DNA from: Eledone cirrhosa
Lineage: Eukaryota
Reading direction: 5' to 3'
Assembly (NCBI GenBank): GCA_964016885.1
Contig: OZ024740.1
Coordinates: forward strand, 336,102,001 to 336,166,000
DNA: 64,000 nt
The translations under genes were made by a program, and so were the position numbers. Of the stretch, positions 17,001 through 33,077 are shown one piece after another (within the stretch, counting starts at the first letter, position 1; each line of letters begins with the position of its first letter). The notes under the pieces were generated by a model. It was not told the DNA's origin, did no database searches, and saw only the letters and a list, made by a program, of their open reading frames with translations.

Positions 17001-20000
17001 ACCACCGTTACTGTCATCATAACCACCGTTACTGTCAGCATAACCACCGTTACTGTCATCATAACCACCGGTACTGTCATCATAACCACCGTTACTGTCA
17101 TCATAACACCGTTACTGTCATCATAACACCGTTACTGTCATCATAACACCGTTACTGTCATCATAACACCGTTACTGTCATTATAACACGGTTACTGTCA
17201 TCATAACACCGTTACTGTCATCATAACATCGTTACTGTCATCATAACACCGTTACTGTCATCATAACACCGTTACTGTCATCATAACCACCGTTGCTGTC
17301 ATCATAACACCGTTACTGTCATCATAACACCGTTACTGTCATCATAACCACCGTTACTGTCATCATAACACCGTTACTGTCATTATAACACCGTTACTGT
17401 CATCATAACACCGTTACTGTCACCATAACACCATTACTGTTATCATAATACCGTTACTGTCATTATAATACCATTACTGTCATCTTAACACCGTTACTGT
17501 CATCTTAACACCGTTACTGTCATCATAACACCGTTACTGTCATAATAACACCGTTACTGTCATCATAACACCGTTACTGTCATCATAACACCATTACTGT
17601 TATCATAATACCGTTACTGACATCATAACACCGTTACTGTCATCATAACACCGTTACTGTCATCATAACACCGTTACTGTCATCATAACCACCGTTACTC
17701 TCATCATAACCACCGTTACTGTCATCATAACCACCGTTACTGTCAGCATAACCACCGTTACTGTCATCATAACCACCGGTACTGTCATCATAACCACCGT
17801 TACTGTCATCATAACACCGTTACTGTCATCATAACACCGTTACTGTCATCATAACACCGTTACTGTCATCATAACACCGTTACTGTCATTATAACACGGT
17901 TACTGTCATCATAACACCGTTACTGTCATCATAACATCGTTACTGTCATCATAACACCGTTACTGTCATCATAACCACCGTTACTGCCATCATAACCACG
18001 GTTACTCTCATCATAACCACCGTTACTCTCATCATAACCACCGTTACTGACATCATAACCACCGTTACTGACATCATAATCACCGTTACTGTCATCATAA
18101 CACCGTTACTGTTATCGTAACACCGGTACTGTCATCATAACATCGTTACTGTCATCATAACACCGTTACTGTCATCATAACACCGTTACTGTCATCATAA
18201 CACCGTTACTCTCATCATAACACCGTCACTGTCATAATAACACCGTTACTGTCATCATAACACCGTTACTGTCATAATAACACCGTTACTGTCATCATAA
18301 CACCGTTACTGTCATCATAACACCGTTACTGTCATCATAACACCATTACTGTCATCATACACAACGTTACTGTCATCATAACACCGTTAATGTCATTATA
18401 ACACAGTTACTGTCATGATAACACCGTTACTGTCATCATAACACCATTACTCTCATCATAACACCGTTACTCTCATCATAACACCGTTACTCTCATCATA
18501 ACACCGTTACTGTCATCATAACACCGTCACTGTCATAATAACACCGTTACTGTCATCATAACACCGTTACTGTCATCATAACACCGTTACTGTCATCATA
18601 ACACCGTTACTCTCATCATAACACCGTTACTGTCATCATAACACCGTTACTGTCATCATAACACCGTTACTGTCATCATAACACCGTTATTGTCATCATA
18701 ACACCGGTACTGTCATCATAACACCGTTACTGTCATCATATCACCTTTACTGTCATCATAACACTGTTACTGTCATCATAACACCGTTACTGTCGTCATA
18801 ATACCGTTACTGTCATCATAACACCGTTACTGTCATCATAACACCGTTACTGTCATAATAACACGGTTACTGTCATCATAACACTGTTACTGTCATCATA
18901 ACACCGTTACTGTCATCATAACACCGTTACTGTCATCATAACACCGTTACTGTCATCATAACACCGTTACTGTCATCATAACACCGTTACTGTCATCATA
19001 ACACCGTTACTCTCATCATAACACCGTTACTGTCATTATAACCACCGTTACTGTCATCATAACCACCGTTACTGTCATCATAACCACCGTTACTGTCATC
19101 ATAACCACCGTTACTGTCATCATAACCACCGTTACTGTCATCATAACCACCGTTACTGTCATCATAACACAGTTACTGTCATCATAACCACCGTTACTGT
19201 CATTATAACACCATTACTGTCATCATAACCACCGTTACTGTCATCATAACACCGTTACTGTCATCATAACCACCGTTACTGTCATCATAACCACCGTTAC
19301 TGTCATCATAACACAGTTACTGTCATCATAACCACCGTTACTGTCATTATAACACCATTACTGTCATCATAACCACCGTTACTGTCATTATAACACCATT
19401 ACTGTCATCATAACCACCGTTACTGTCATCATAACACCGTTACTGTCATCATAACCACCGTTACTGTCATCATAACCACCGTTACTGTCATCATAACCAC
19501 CGTTACTGTCATCATAACACAGTTACTGTCATCATAACCACCGTTACTGTCATTATAACACCATTACTGTCATCATAACCACCGTTACTGTCATCATAAC
19601 ATCGTTACTGTCATCATAACACCGTTACTGTCATCATAACACAGTTACTGTCATAATAACACCGTTACTCTCATCATAACCACCGTTACTGTCATTATAA
19701 TACCATTACTGTCATCATAAGACCGTTAGTGTCATCATAACACCGTTACTGTCATCATAACACCATTACTGTCATCATAACACCGTTACTGTCATCATAA
19801 CACCGTTACTCTCATCATAACACCGTTACTGTCATTATAACACCGTTACTGTCATCATAACACCGTTACTGTCATCATAACCACCGTTACTGTCATCATA
19901 ACACCGTTACTGTCATCATAACACCGTTACTGTCATCATAACCACCGTTACTGTCATCATAACACCGTTACTGTCATCATAACACCGTTACTGTCATCAT

Positions 20001-23000
20001 GACCACCGTTACTGTCATCATAACACCGTTACTGTCACCATAACACCATTACTGTTATCATAATACCGTTACTGTCATTATAATACCATTACTGTCATCT
20101 TAACACCGTTACTGTCATCTTAACACCGTTACTGTCATCATAACACCGTTACTGTCATAATAACACCGTTACTGTCATCATAACACCGTTACTGTCATCA
20201 TAACACCATTACTGTTATCATAATACCGTTACTGACATCATAACACCGTTACTGTCATCATAACACCGTTACTGTCATCATAACACCGTTACTGTCATCA
20301 TAACCACCGTTACTGTCATCATAACCACCGTTACTGTCAGCATAACCACCGTTACTGTCATCATAACCACCGGTACTGTCATCATAACCACCGTTACTGT
20401 CATCATAACACCGTTACTGTCATCATAACACCGTTACTGTCATCATAACACCGTTACTGTCATCATAACACCGTTACTGTCATTATAACACGGTTACTGT
20501 CATCATAACACCGTTACTGTCATCATAACATCGTTACTGTCATCATAACACCGTTACTGTCATCATAACCACCGTTACTGCCATCATAACCACGGTTAAT
20601 CTCATCATAACCACCGTTACTCTCATCATAACCACCGTTACTCTCATCATAATCACCGTTACTGTCATCATAACACCGTTACTGTTATCGTAACACCGGT
20701 ACTGTCATCATAACACCGTCACTGTCATAATAACACCGTTACTGTCATCATAACACCGTTACTGTCATCATAACACCGTTACTCTCATCATAACACCGTC
20801 ACTGTCATAATAACACCGTTACTGTCACCATAACACCGTTACTGTCATAATAACACCGTTACTGTCATCATAACACCGTTACTGTCATCATAACACCGTT
20901 ACTGTCATCATAACACCATTACTGTCATCATACCCAACGTTACTGTCATCATAACACCGTTACTGTCATTATAACACAGTTACTGTCATCATAACACCGT
21001 TACTGTCATCATAACACCGTTACTCTCATCATAACACCGTTACTCTCATCATAACACCGTTACTGTCATCATAACACCGTTACTGTCATCATAACACCGT
21101 TACTGTCATCATAACACCGTTACTCTCATCATAACACCGTTACTGTCATCATAACACCGTTACTGTCATCATAACACCGTTACTGTCATCATAACACCGT
21201 TATTGTCATCATAACACCGGTACTGTCATCATAACACCGTTACTGTCATCATAACACCGTTACTGTCATCATAACACTGTTACTGTCATCATAACACCGT
21301 TACTGTCGTCATAATACCGTTACTGTCATCATAACACCGTTACTGTCATCATAACACCGTTACTGTCATAATAACACGGTTACTCTCATCATAACACCGT
21401 TACTGTCATCATAACACCGTTACTGTCATCATAACACCGTTACTGTCATCATAACACCGTTACTGTCATCATAACACCGTTACTGTCATCATAACACCGT
21501 TACTGTCATCATAACACCGTTACTCTCATCATAACACCGTTACTGTCATCATAACACCGTTACTGTCATAATAACACGGTTACTGTCATCATAACACTGT
21601 TACTGTCATCATAACACCGTTACTGTCATCATAACACCGTTACTGTCATCATAACACCGTTACTGTCATCATAACACCGTTACTCTCATCATAACACCGT
21701 TACTGTCATCATAACACCGTTACTGTCATCATAACACCGTTACTGTCATAATAACACGGTTACTGTCATCATAACACTGTTACTGTCATCATAACACCGT
21801 TACTGTCATCATAACACCGTTACTGTCATAATAACACGGTTACTGTCATCATAACACTGTTACTGTCATCATAACACCGTTACTGTCATCATAACCACCG
21901 TTACTGCCATCATAACCACGGTTACTCTCATCATAACCACCGTTACTCTCATCATAACCACCGTTACTGACATCATAACCACCGTTACTGACATCATAAT
22001 CACCGTTACTGTCATCATAACACCGTTACTGTTATCGTAACACCGGTACTGTCATCATAACCACCGTTACTGTCATCATAACCACCGTTACTGTCATCAT
22101 AACCACCGTTACTGTCATCATAACCACCGTTACTGTCATCATAACACAGTTACTGTCATCATAACCACCGTTACTGTCATTATAACACCGTTACTGTCAT
22201 CATAACACCGTTACTGTCATCATAACCACCGTTACTGTCATCATAACCACCGTTACTGTCATCATAACCACCGTTACTGTCATCATAACACAGTTACTGT
22301 CATCATAACCACCGTTACTGTCATTATAACACCATTACTGTCATCATAACCACCGTTACTGTCATTATAACACCATTACTGTCATCATAACCACCGTTAC
22401 TGTCATCATAACACCGTTAGTGTCATCATAACCACCGTTACTGTCATCATAACCACCGTTACTGTCATCATAACCACCGTTACTGTCATCATAACACAGT
22501 TACTGTCATCATAACCACCGTTACTGTCATTATAACACCATTACTGTCATCATAACCACCGTTACTGTCATCATAACATCGTTACTGTCATCATAACACC
22601 GTTACTGTCATCATAACCACCGTTACTCTCATCATAACCACCGTTACTGTCATTATAATACCATTACTATCATCATAAGACCGTTAGTGTCATCATAACA
22701 CCGTTACTGTCATCATAACACCATTACTGTCATCATAACACCGTTACTGTCATTATAACACTGTTACTGTCATCATAACACCGTTACTGTCATCATAACA
22801 CCGTTACTGTCATCATAACACCGTTACTGTCATCATAACACCGTTACTGTCATTATAACACCGTTACTGCCATCATAACACCGTTACTGTCATCGTAACA
22901 CGGTTACTGTCATCATAACACCGTTACTGCCATCATAACACCGTTACTGTCATCGTACCACGGTTACTGTCATCATAACACCGTTACTGTCATCATAAGA

Positions 23001-26000
23001 CCGATACTGTCATCATAACACCGTTACTGTCATCATAACACCATTACTGTCACCATAAAACCGTTACTGTCATCATAACACCATTACTGTCATCATAACA
23101 TGGTTACTGTCATCATAACACCGTTACTGTCATCATAACACCGTTACTGTCATCATAACACTGTTACTGTCATTATAACACCGTTACTGTCGTCATAATA
23201 CCGTTACTGTCATCATAACACCGTTACTGTCATCATAACACCGTTACTGTCGTCATAATACCGTTACTGTCATCATAACACCGTTACTGTCATCATAACA
23301 CCGTTACTGTCATAATAACACAGTTACTGTCATAATAACACAGTTACTGTCATCATAACACCGTTACTGTCATCATAACACCGTTACTCTCATCATAACA
23401 CCGTTACTGTCATCATAACACCATTACTGTCATCATAACCACCGTTACTGTCATCATAACCACCGTTACTGTCATCATAACACCGTTACTTTCATTATAA
23501 CACCATTACTGTCATCATAACCACCGTTACTGTCATCATAACCACCGTTACTGTCATCATAACCACCGTTACTGTCATTATAACACCATTACTGTCATCA
23601 TAACCACCGTTACTGTCATCATAACCACCGTTACTGTCATCATAACCACCGTTACTGTCATCATAACACCATTACTGTCATCATAACCACCGTTACTGTC
23701 ATCATAACCACCGTTACTGTCATCATAACACCGTTACTGTCATTATAACACCATTACTGTCATCATAACACCGTTACTGTCATAATAACACGGTTACTGT
23801 CATCATAACACTGTTACTGTCATCATAACACCGTTACTGTCATCATAACACCGTTACTGTCATCATAACACCGTTACTGTCATTATAACCACCGTTACTG
23901 TCATCATAACCACCGTTACTGTCATCATAACCACCGTTACTGTCATCATAACCACCGTTACTGTCATCATAACCACCGTTACTGTCATCATAACCACCGT
24001 TACTGTCATCATAACACAGTTACTGTCATCATAACCACCGTTACTGTCATTATAACACCATTACTGTCATCATAACCACCGTTACTGTCATCATAACACC
24101 GTTACTGTCATCATAACCACCGTTACTGTCATCATAACCACCGTTACTGTCATCATAACCACCGTTACTGTCATCATAACACAGTTACTGTCATCATAAC
24201 CACCGTTACTGTCATTATAACACCATTACTGTCATCATAACCACCGTTACTGTCATTATAACACCATTACTGTCATCATAACCACCGTTACTGTCATCAT
24301 AACACCGTTACTGTCATCATAACCACCGTTACTGTCATCATAACCACCGTTACTGTCATCATAACCACCGTTACTGTCATCATAACACAGTTACTGTCAT
24401 CATAACCACCGTTACTGTCATTATAACACCATTACTGTCATCATAACCACCGTTACTGTCATCATAACACCGTTACTGTCATCATAACACCGTTACTGTC
24501 ATCATAACACAGTTACTGTCATAATAACACCGTTACTGTCATCATAACCACCGTTACTGTCATTATAATACCATTACTGTCATCATAAGACCGTTAGTGT
24601 CATCATAACACCGTTACTGTCATCATAACACCATTACTGTCATCATAACACCGTTACTGTCATCATAACACCGTTACTCTCATCATAACACCGTTACTGT
24701 CATCATAACACCATTACTGTCATCATAACACCGTTACTGTCATCATAACCCCATTATTGTCATCATAACCACCATTACTGTCATCATAGCACCTTTACTG
24801 TCATCATAACACCATTACTGTCATCATAACACCGTTACTGTCATCATAGCACCTTTACTGTCATCATAACACCATTACTGTCATCATAACACCGTTACTG
24901 TCATCATAACCCCATTATTGTCATCATAACCACCGTTACTGTCATCATAGCACCGTTACTGTCATCATAACACCGTTACTGTCATCATAACACCGTTACT
25001 GTCATCATAACACCGTTACTGTCATCATAACACCGTTACTGTCATCATAACACCGTTACTGTCATTATAACACTGTTACTGTCATCATAACACCGTTACT
25101 GTCATCATAACACCGTTACTGTCATCATAACACCGTTACTTTCATCATAACACCGTTACTGTCATTATAACACCGTTACTGCCATCATAACACCGTTACT
25201 GTCATCGTAACACGGTTACTGTCATCATAACACCGTTACTGCCATCATAACACCGTTACTGTCATCGTAACACGGTTACTGTCATCATAACACCGTTACT
25301 GTCATCATAAGACCGATACTGTCATCATAACACCGTTACTGTCATCATAACACCATTACTGTCACCATAAAACCGTTACTGTCATCATAACACCATTACT
25401 GTCATCATAACATGGTTACTGTCATCATAACACCGTTACTGTCATCATAACACCGTTACTGTCATCATAACACTGTTACTGTCATCATAACACCGTTACT
25501 GTCGTCATAATACCGTTACTGTCATCATAACACCGTTACTGTCATCATAACACCGTTACTGTCGTCATAATACCGTTACTGTCATCATAACACCGTTACT
25601 GTCATCATAACACCGTTACTGTCATAATAACACAGTTACTGTCATAATAACACAGTTACTGTCATCATAACACTGTTACTGTCATCATAACACAGTTACT
25701 GTCATCATAACACCGTTACTGTCATCATAACACCGTTACTCTCATCATAACACCGTTACTGTCATCATAACACCGTTACTGTCATCATAACACCGTTACT
25801 CTCATCATAACACCGTTACTGTCATCATAACTCTATTACTGTCATCATAACCACCGTTACTGTCATCATAACCACCGTTACTGTCATCATAACACCGTTA
25901 CTGTCATTATAACACCATTACTGTCATCATAACCACCGTTACTGTCATCATAACCACCGTTACTGTCATCATAACCACCGTTACTGTCATCATAACCACG

Positions 26001-28607
26001 GTTACTGTCATTATAACACCATTACTGTCATCATAACCACCGTTACTGTCATCATAACCACCGTTACTGTCATCATAACCACTGTTACTGTCATCATAAC
26101 ACCATTACTGTCATCATAACCACCGTAACCTTCATCATAACCACCGTTACTGTCATCATAAGACCGTTACTGTCATTATAACACCATTACTGTCATCATA
26201 ACCACCGTTACTGTCATCATAACCACCGTTACTGTCATCATAACACAGTTACTGTCATCATAACCACCGTTACTGTCATTATAACACCATTACTGTCATC
26301 ATAACCACCGTTACTGTCATCATAACACCGTTACTGTCATCATAACCACCGTTACTGTCATCATAACCACCGTTACTGTCATCATAACCACCGTTACTGT
26401 CATCATAACACAGTTACTGTCATCATAACCACCGTTACTGTCATTATAACACCATTACTGTCATCATAACCACCGTTACTGTCATCATAACACCGTTACT
26501 GTCATCATAACCACCGTTACTGTCATGATAATCACCGTTACTGTCATCATAACCACCGTTACTATCATTATAACACCATTACTGTCATCATAACCACCGT
26601 TACTGTCATCATAACACCGTTACTGTCATCATAACACCGTTACTGTCATCATAACACCGTTACTGTCATCATAACCACCGTTACTGTCATTATAATACCA
26701 TTACTGTCATCATAAGACCGTTAGTGTCATCATAACACCGTTACTGTCATCATAACACCATTACTGTCATCATAACACCGTTACTGTAATCATAACACCA
26801 TTACTGTCACCATAACACCGTTACTGTCATCATAACACCGTTACTGTCATCATAACACCATTACTGACATCATAACACCGTTACTGTCATCATAACACCA
26901 TTACTGTCATCATAACACCGTTACTGTCATCATAACACCATTACTGTCACCATAACACCGTTACTGTCACCATAACACCGTTAATGTCATCATAACACCA
27001 TTACTCTCATCATAACACCGTTACTGTCATCATAACCCCATTATTGTCATCATAACCACCATTACTGTCATCATAGCACCTTTTCTGTCATCATAACACC
27101 ATTACTGTCATCATAACACCGTTACTGTCATCATAGCACCTTTACTGTCATCATAACACCATTACTGTCATCATAACACCGTTACTGTCATCATAACCCC
27201 ATTATTGTCATCATAACCACCATTACTGTCATGATAACACCGTTACTGTCATCATAACACCGTTACTGTCATAATAACACCGTTATTGTCATCATAACAC
27301 CGTTACTGTCATCATAACACCGTTACCGTCATCATAACACCGTTATTGTCATCATAACACCGTTACTGTCATCATAACCACCGTTACTGACATCATACCA
27401 CCGTTACTGTCGTCATAACACCATTACTGTCATCATAACACTGTTACTCTCATCATAACACAGTTACTGTCATCATAACACCATTACTGTCATTATAACA
27501 CTGTTACTCTCATCATAACCACCGTTACTGTCATCATAACACCATTACTGTCATTATAACTCTGTTACTCTCATCATAACCACCGTTACTGTCATCTTAA
27601 CACCGTTACTGTCATCATAACCACCGTTACTGACATCATACCACCGTTACTGTCGTCATAACACCATTACTGTCATCATAACACCGTTACTGTCATCATA
27701 ACACCATTACTGTCATTATAACACTGTTACTCTCATCATAACCACCGTTACTGTCGTCATAACACCATTACCGTCATCATAACACCGTTACTGTCATCAT
27801 AACACCATTACTGTCATTATAACACTGTTACTCTCATCATAACCACCGTTACTGACATCATACCACCGTTACTGTCGTCATAACACCATTACTGTCATCA
27901 TAACACCGTTACTGTCATCATAACCACCGTTACTGATATCATACCACCGTTACTGTCATCATAACACCATTACTGATATCATAACACCGTTACTGTCGTC
28001 ATAACACCGTTACTCTCATCATAACACCGTTACTGTCATCATAACACCGTTACTGTCATAATAACACCGTTAACCTCATCATAACACCGTTACTGTCATC
28101 ATAACACGATTACTGTCATCATAACACCGTTACTGTCATCATAACACCGTTACTGTCATCATAACACCATTACTGTCATCATAACACCGTTACTGTCATC
28201 ATAACACCGTTACTCTCATTATATCACCGTTACTGTCATCATAACACCGGTACTGTCATAATAACACCGTTACTGTCATCATAACACCGTTACTGTCATC
28301 ATAACACCGTTACTGTCATCATAACCACAGTTACTGTCATCATAACACCGTTACTGTCATCATAACACCGTTACTGTCATCATAACACCGTTACTGTCAT
28401 CATAACCACAGTTACTGTCATCATAACACCGTTACTGTCACCATAACACCGTTTTTGTCATCATAACACCATTACGCTAATCATAACACCGTTACTGTCA
28501 TCATAACACCGTTACTGTCATCATAACACGATTACTGTCATCATAACACCGTTACTGTCATCATAAAACCGTTACTGTCATCATAACCACCATTACTGTC
28601 ATCATCA
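11077..28607. repeat. Satellite array, 20-bp unit CACCGTTACTGTCATCATAA (21-bp variant with extra C), ~17.5 kb
   Basis: Uninterrupted tandem array of roughly 860-870 units (length divided by unit size), with recurring variant units and duplicated variant blocks. Confidence 0.99.
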
Positions 28608-28856
28608 TAATCATAATCAACGTTACTGTAAACATCATTCTTCTCTCAATCATAATTATCGACACTCTCATCATTAACAACCAACAACCATTATTATTAT
28701 TGCAATCATTTACAAATGAAATTATAAACATTCGTGAAAGTTCAATAGCAACACTGGGACTGAGCCTTCATGAGACCAAATCATCCAACTACGACAATTA
28801 GCCAACACATCCTGAAAAAGAAATACGATTCATCTGAGCAAGATATATATCTGAGC

Positions 28857-28938
28857 AAGATATAGAAAAGCATTTAGAATTCACTTAACAGATTTTTCAC
28901 AATCTGTTAAGTGAATTCTAAATGCTTTTCTATATCTT
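28857..28938. repeat. Perfect inverted repeat, 38-bp arms with 6-nt loop
   Basis: aagatatagaaaagcatttagaattcacttaacagatt-tttcac-aatctgttaagtgaattctaaatgcttttctatatctt. Confidence 0.95.
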
Positions 28939-29567
28939 CTTGTGTACTTGATGGTACATAAAGTGTTTTGCAGTCGTATTCTTCATTTACGGATGCAGGA
29001 CATCTACTAAGAGAATTAAATCTCTCATGCGTCATTCATAAACCTGGACGCTGCCACCTACAATGCTGATTAGCGGAAGATGACCAAATACTAAGCATTG
29101 ATTGGTTGATTCCTTTGTGTACCGAACGCCATTATCCCCGATATCTGAACTGCTGTTTTCTTTCGCCGTGTCTGGACAAGGATCCCTGCGAAGGGTATAT
29201 CTGATATAGCAGGGCGTCATAGACTTCGCAGCATCCTTTTTGTCATCTTGCCCACATGGCATAGTTGATATATATACCGTCCAGTCAACAGTGTAGAGTT
29301 GAAAACTCCCCACCCATCCTCTCTTATCTTTTGCGTTTTACTTTTCTTATTGTCAAAGCCAATTATATTTAAATTTTGTACTTCTTTCAATATTTTTATA
29401 GCCATTTCATTTCCTTCTTCTTCGAGTGTTGACCGGCCATTCTTTGGAAAGTCATGCAACGACTTGCTCTTAATAGCTTTTGTTCTAAATGGGTTTATTG
29501 CGTAGACTATGTTGAAGTTTGTAGGCAATTAATATTGTTATTACACATTGATCATTTTATAAAATAA

Positions 29568-30482
29568 CTAGCAGTAAAGCCTGGCGTTGCTCTGGGCTGC
29601 TCGGTAGCTGTGTTAAAGTTACAATGTTAAGTTCCTTTCTTGGCTTAAAAACTGTAGAGTCTACAGTATAGGCTTTCATGTGGTACTTTTGATTAATATT
29701 CCCTCAACCAACAGTATGCCTTATGAAGTAAAGAAAACATAACCATAACCCGAATGTTAAAACAAAAGAGGATGCTGGGGATAAGAACTGCACTGGTAAT
29801 CTATTAACAAAAATCGAAAATGTAAACACTGCAACACTTGTCTCAGAGAAAAACATCAGCGTAACCAAACTATCAGTTATTTTGAAACAAAGATATTGGA
29901 TGGACATGAAAAACAAAAAACAAAATGCGTTATCTGTCTGTCGTTTAAAATCATTGCTTCTAAATGAAAATCTCATAAGGCTTTATTCGAGATCAATGCT
30001 TTTTTTACAAAATATTTGCTTGTTTTATGGTGTATTCAAATAGGCTTGTTTTCAAGTAAAAATATTGTTTTAGAAGACTTTTTAATGTAAATGAAGCAAA
30101 ATGGAAGCATAATGTTGAAACTTCGAACTCATGAATTTTGCAGGTTAAAATTTTGCTTCTCCGAAAACTGTTCCTGTATTTTTGTACTTTTGCACGCGTC
30201 ATTTATTCGTAACGTAAATAGACAGAATGACGCCATAAAAGGGAAATAACTCGTCTCACATCTCTATTCATACATTTGAACTGAAAAATCAATACATTAC
30301 AAATTCGATGTTTGCATTTGGCGTGGGTCGATTTGAAAATTTTTTTGACCGATGTCTCCGCCGGACCTTCATCTATAAGTGTAGCAATTTCACCGAAACT
30401 GGAACATACGGTTTAGGAGGAGATGTGTGCCGACCGTTTTAGTAGACAGACAGACAGACAACCACAGTTTTATATATAGAGA
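29568..30482 (-). mobile_element. Non-autonomous Helitron
   Basis: On the minus strand it begins A|TCTCTATATATAAAA, carries a (CTGT)n microsatellite near the 5' end, and ends with an imperfect GC hairpin (gcccagagcaacgccaggc) ~8 nt before CTAG|T. No TSD. Confidence 0.8.
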
Positions 30483-30633
30483 TTTCAGTTATTCATGTGT
30501 GATGTCTAAATTTATTCTCAAATAATATGAATTTTTTAAATGGATAAAATGTAAGATCGTATAACATATTTCATCATCCTTTTTTCTGGTTTAAAACTAT
30601 TGATTGAATAAAATGATAATGGTTCATCCTGGG

Positions 30634-30692
<59 letters not shown>

Positions 30693-31619
30693 CATTGCAT
30701 TCGGTATTATATATAATCAAACAGAGTAGTGTTGATGGATATTATTACACGTATGGTGTTCTATACATACCGGGTTACTGACGATGTTTTGCATAAATAA
30801 TGTTGTGTTTCATATTGAATTGTTTAACGTTAAAAAAAAATGATGATACTTTACAAAATCCCTGAGAGAGCTTTTATTCTTTTTGTCACTTTGGTTTTGT
30901 TATCGATACAAGAAATGACCTACGAAAGAATTCAATATGGAGGTCGTATTTGAAGCAGCGGTATTTGTATGGTGGTAGTATTAGTATTGAAAATGAAGCT
31001 GGCGTTGATAGTGGTGCTGTGGATACTAATGCTGCTAGTAGTAAGCGGTGATATTCGTGTTTGATGTAAGAAAACGCGTTCAATATTTGGTAAACAATTA
31101 TCACTTATGTACATTCAAATTTTATCACAATTTTTTTCTAATTCCTGCTGCTAGATATTTTTTTCCGAAATACATTCAGTAACAGAGATATCTGCGTATT
31201 TATATGTATATTTGTACCTATAGTTAAAGACTATGAGTGTGTATGCATGTGCGTGTAAGTGTGTATTTTTCACCAATTATATTTGTTCCGCTTTTGGCAT
31301 AGAGAGGAAATAGATACAAGTGCTAAAATTTCCATACTGATGACTTCTACTCATAAACATGTGTATATTTAAATATACATAATTTTATATATAAATATAT
31401 GTATCGCCTTCAAAGGTGTGTATATATGAGGGGTATACATAAGAATGTATGCATTGAAATGAAGGCTCTCATTAAAATTTCTGACAGTAACACATTAAAT
31501 AAAGTTGGATATTTTATGATACAGTGTGTTTTTGTCTGAGTGTGGAGATGCTGCGTATTATAACATTAGCATATACATATGTGTGTATTGCAGTGAGTGA
31601 TTGTGTGTATCGGGACATT

Positions 31620-31626
31620 ATATAAA

Positions 31627-31700
<74 letters not shown>

Positions 31701-31809
31701 GTGTGTGTGTGTATGTATGTATGTATCTATATATATATATATATATATATATAGATACATACATACATACACACTCTATATATATATATATATGCATCTC
31801 TCTCTTTCA

Positions 31810-31898
<89 letters not shown>

Positions 31899-31959
31899 GA
31901 GAGAGTGAAAGAGAGAGATGCATATATATATATATAGAGAGAGAGAGATAGATAGATAA

Positions 31960-31995
<36 letters not shown>

Positions 31996-32000
31996 AGATA
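31620..32000. repeat. (TA)n/(GA)n/(GATA)n compound microsatellite
   Basis: Direct inspection. Confidence 0.93.
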
Positions 32001-32254
32001 TATAATATAACTAGAATTTTTTCAACACGCTGACACGTATGTGTATACGTGTCTCGTGAGTGTATGTGCATATGCATACATTTATATGTATGAGCATATG
32101 AATATAAACGCGCAAACACAGACACACTTACAAAAACATACACTCACAGACATACTTCACGCAAATACACATACATTCACACAAAAACACACACACGCGC
32201 GCGCATTGTATAACGAACGGAAGTCGCTCAGATTGATATATAGATTGTTAGAGG

Positions 32255-32510
32255 GTAAGAAAAATGCTTAGAAGTTTTGTGTTCAAATCCCGCTGTGGTG
32301 AAATTTTCCTTTTATCCTTTCGAGATCCATAAAATATAATTGTTTCTACGTGAGGCACAAGGCCAGCAATTACCCAGTGCATTACTGGTACTTCATTTTA
32401 TCGACCCCGTAAGGATGCATAAAACATAATACCATTAAAATACTAAGATCGATATAATTGTCTGTCTCATCAGCAGAAATTGCTAGTGTTTTGTCTAAAT
32501 TAAGAATCAG
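32255..32510 (+). mobile_element. Old SINE copy interrupted by an antisense 3' fragment of the same SINE family (32341-32417)
   Basis: gttcaaatcccgc...ttttatcctttcgagatc on the plus strand. The insert is the reverse complement of catccttacggggtcgataaaatgaagtaccagt...gtagaaaca, flanked by cataaaatataat / cataaaacataat. Confidence 0.75.
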
Positions 32511-32525
32511 TATTAGAGCTATGAT

Positions 32526-32684
32526 CAGGGCCGTCTTAACGCATGGGCACGCTGGCCAGTTGCACGGGGACCCCGCAAGGATAGGGGCCCCATTTGTATT
32601 TTTATTCCTGTGAGAGGTTGTGTAGGTAGGGGCCCCAGTGCTCTGCTTTGCCCAGGGGCCTATAATGCTGTGAAGACGGCCCTC
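32526..32684. mobile_element. hAT-superfamily MITE, 159 bp
   Basis: TIRs cagggccgtctt / aagacggccctc and a perfect 8-bp TSD gctatgat (32518-32525 and 32685-32692). Confidence 0.9.
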
Positions 32685-32759
32685 GCTATGATGCTGTACT
32701 AGTGACTAGAAGGACAGTAGTTTCAGACTTATATGGCAAAGAATATTATAGGTTAGGAG

Positions 32760-32877
<118 letters not shown>

Positions 32878-33077
32878 CGAAGGAAATGTGGTAAGGAACC
32901 AGATGGACCATAACGCACCAAAGTACTCAATACTTCGGGTAGTAGAGTGGGTACTAGGAACGAGTGGGACCCCGACGGCTGAGCTTAAGCCGTTTCGACG
33001 GCTAATTCTGGACTAAAATAGTCCAGAATTAGCCGTCAAAACGGCTTGAGCTCAGCCGTCGGGGTCCCACTCGTTCC

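Noticed and set aside
11077-28607. CRISPR-like array or repeat-protein gene
   Set aside because: There are no unique spacers, and the 20-nt unit containing TAA puts stops in every frame. It is a satellite.
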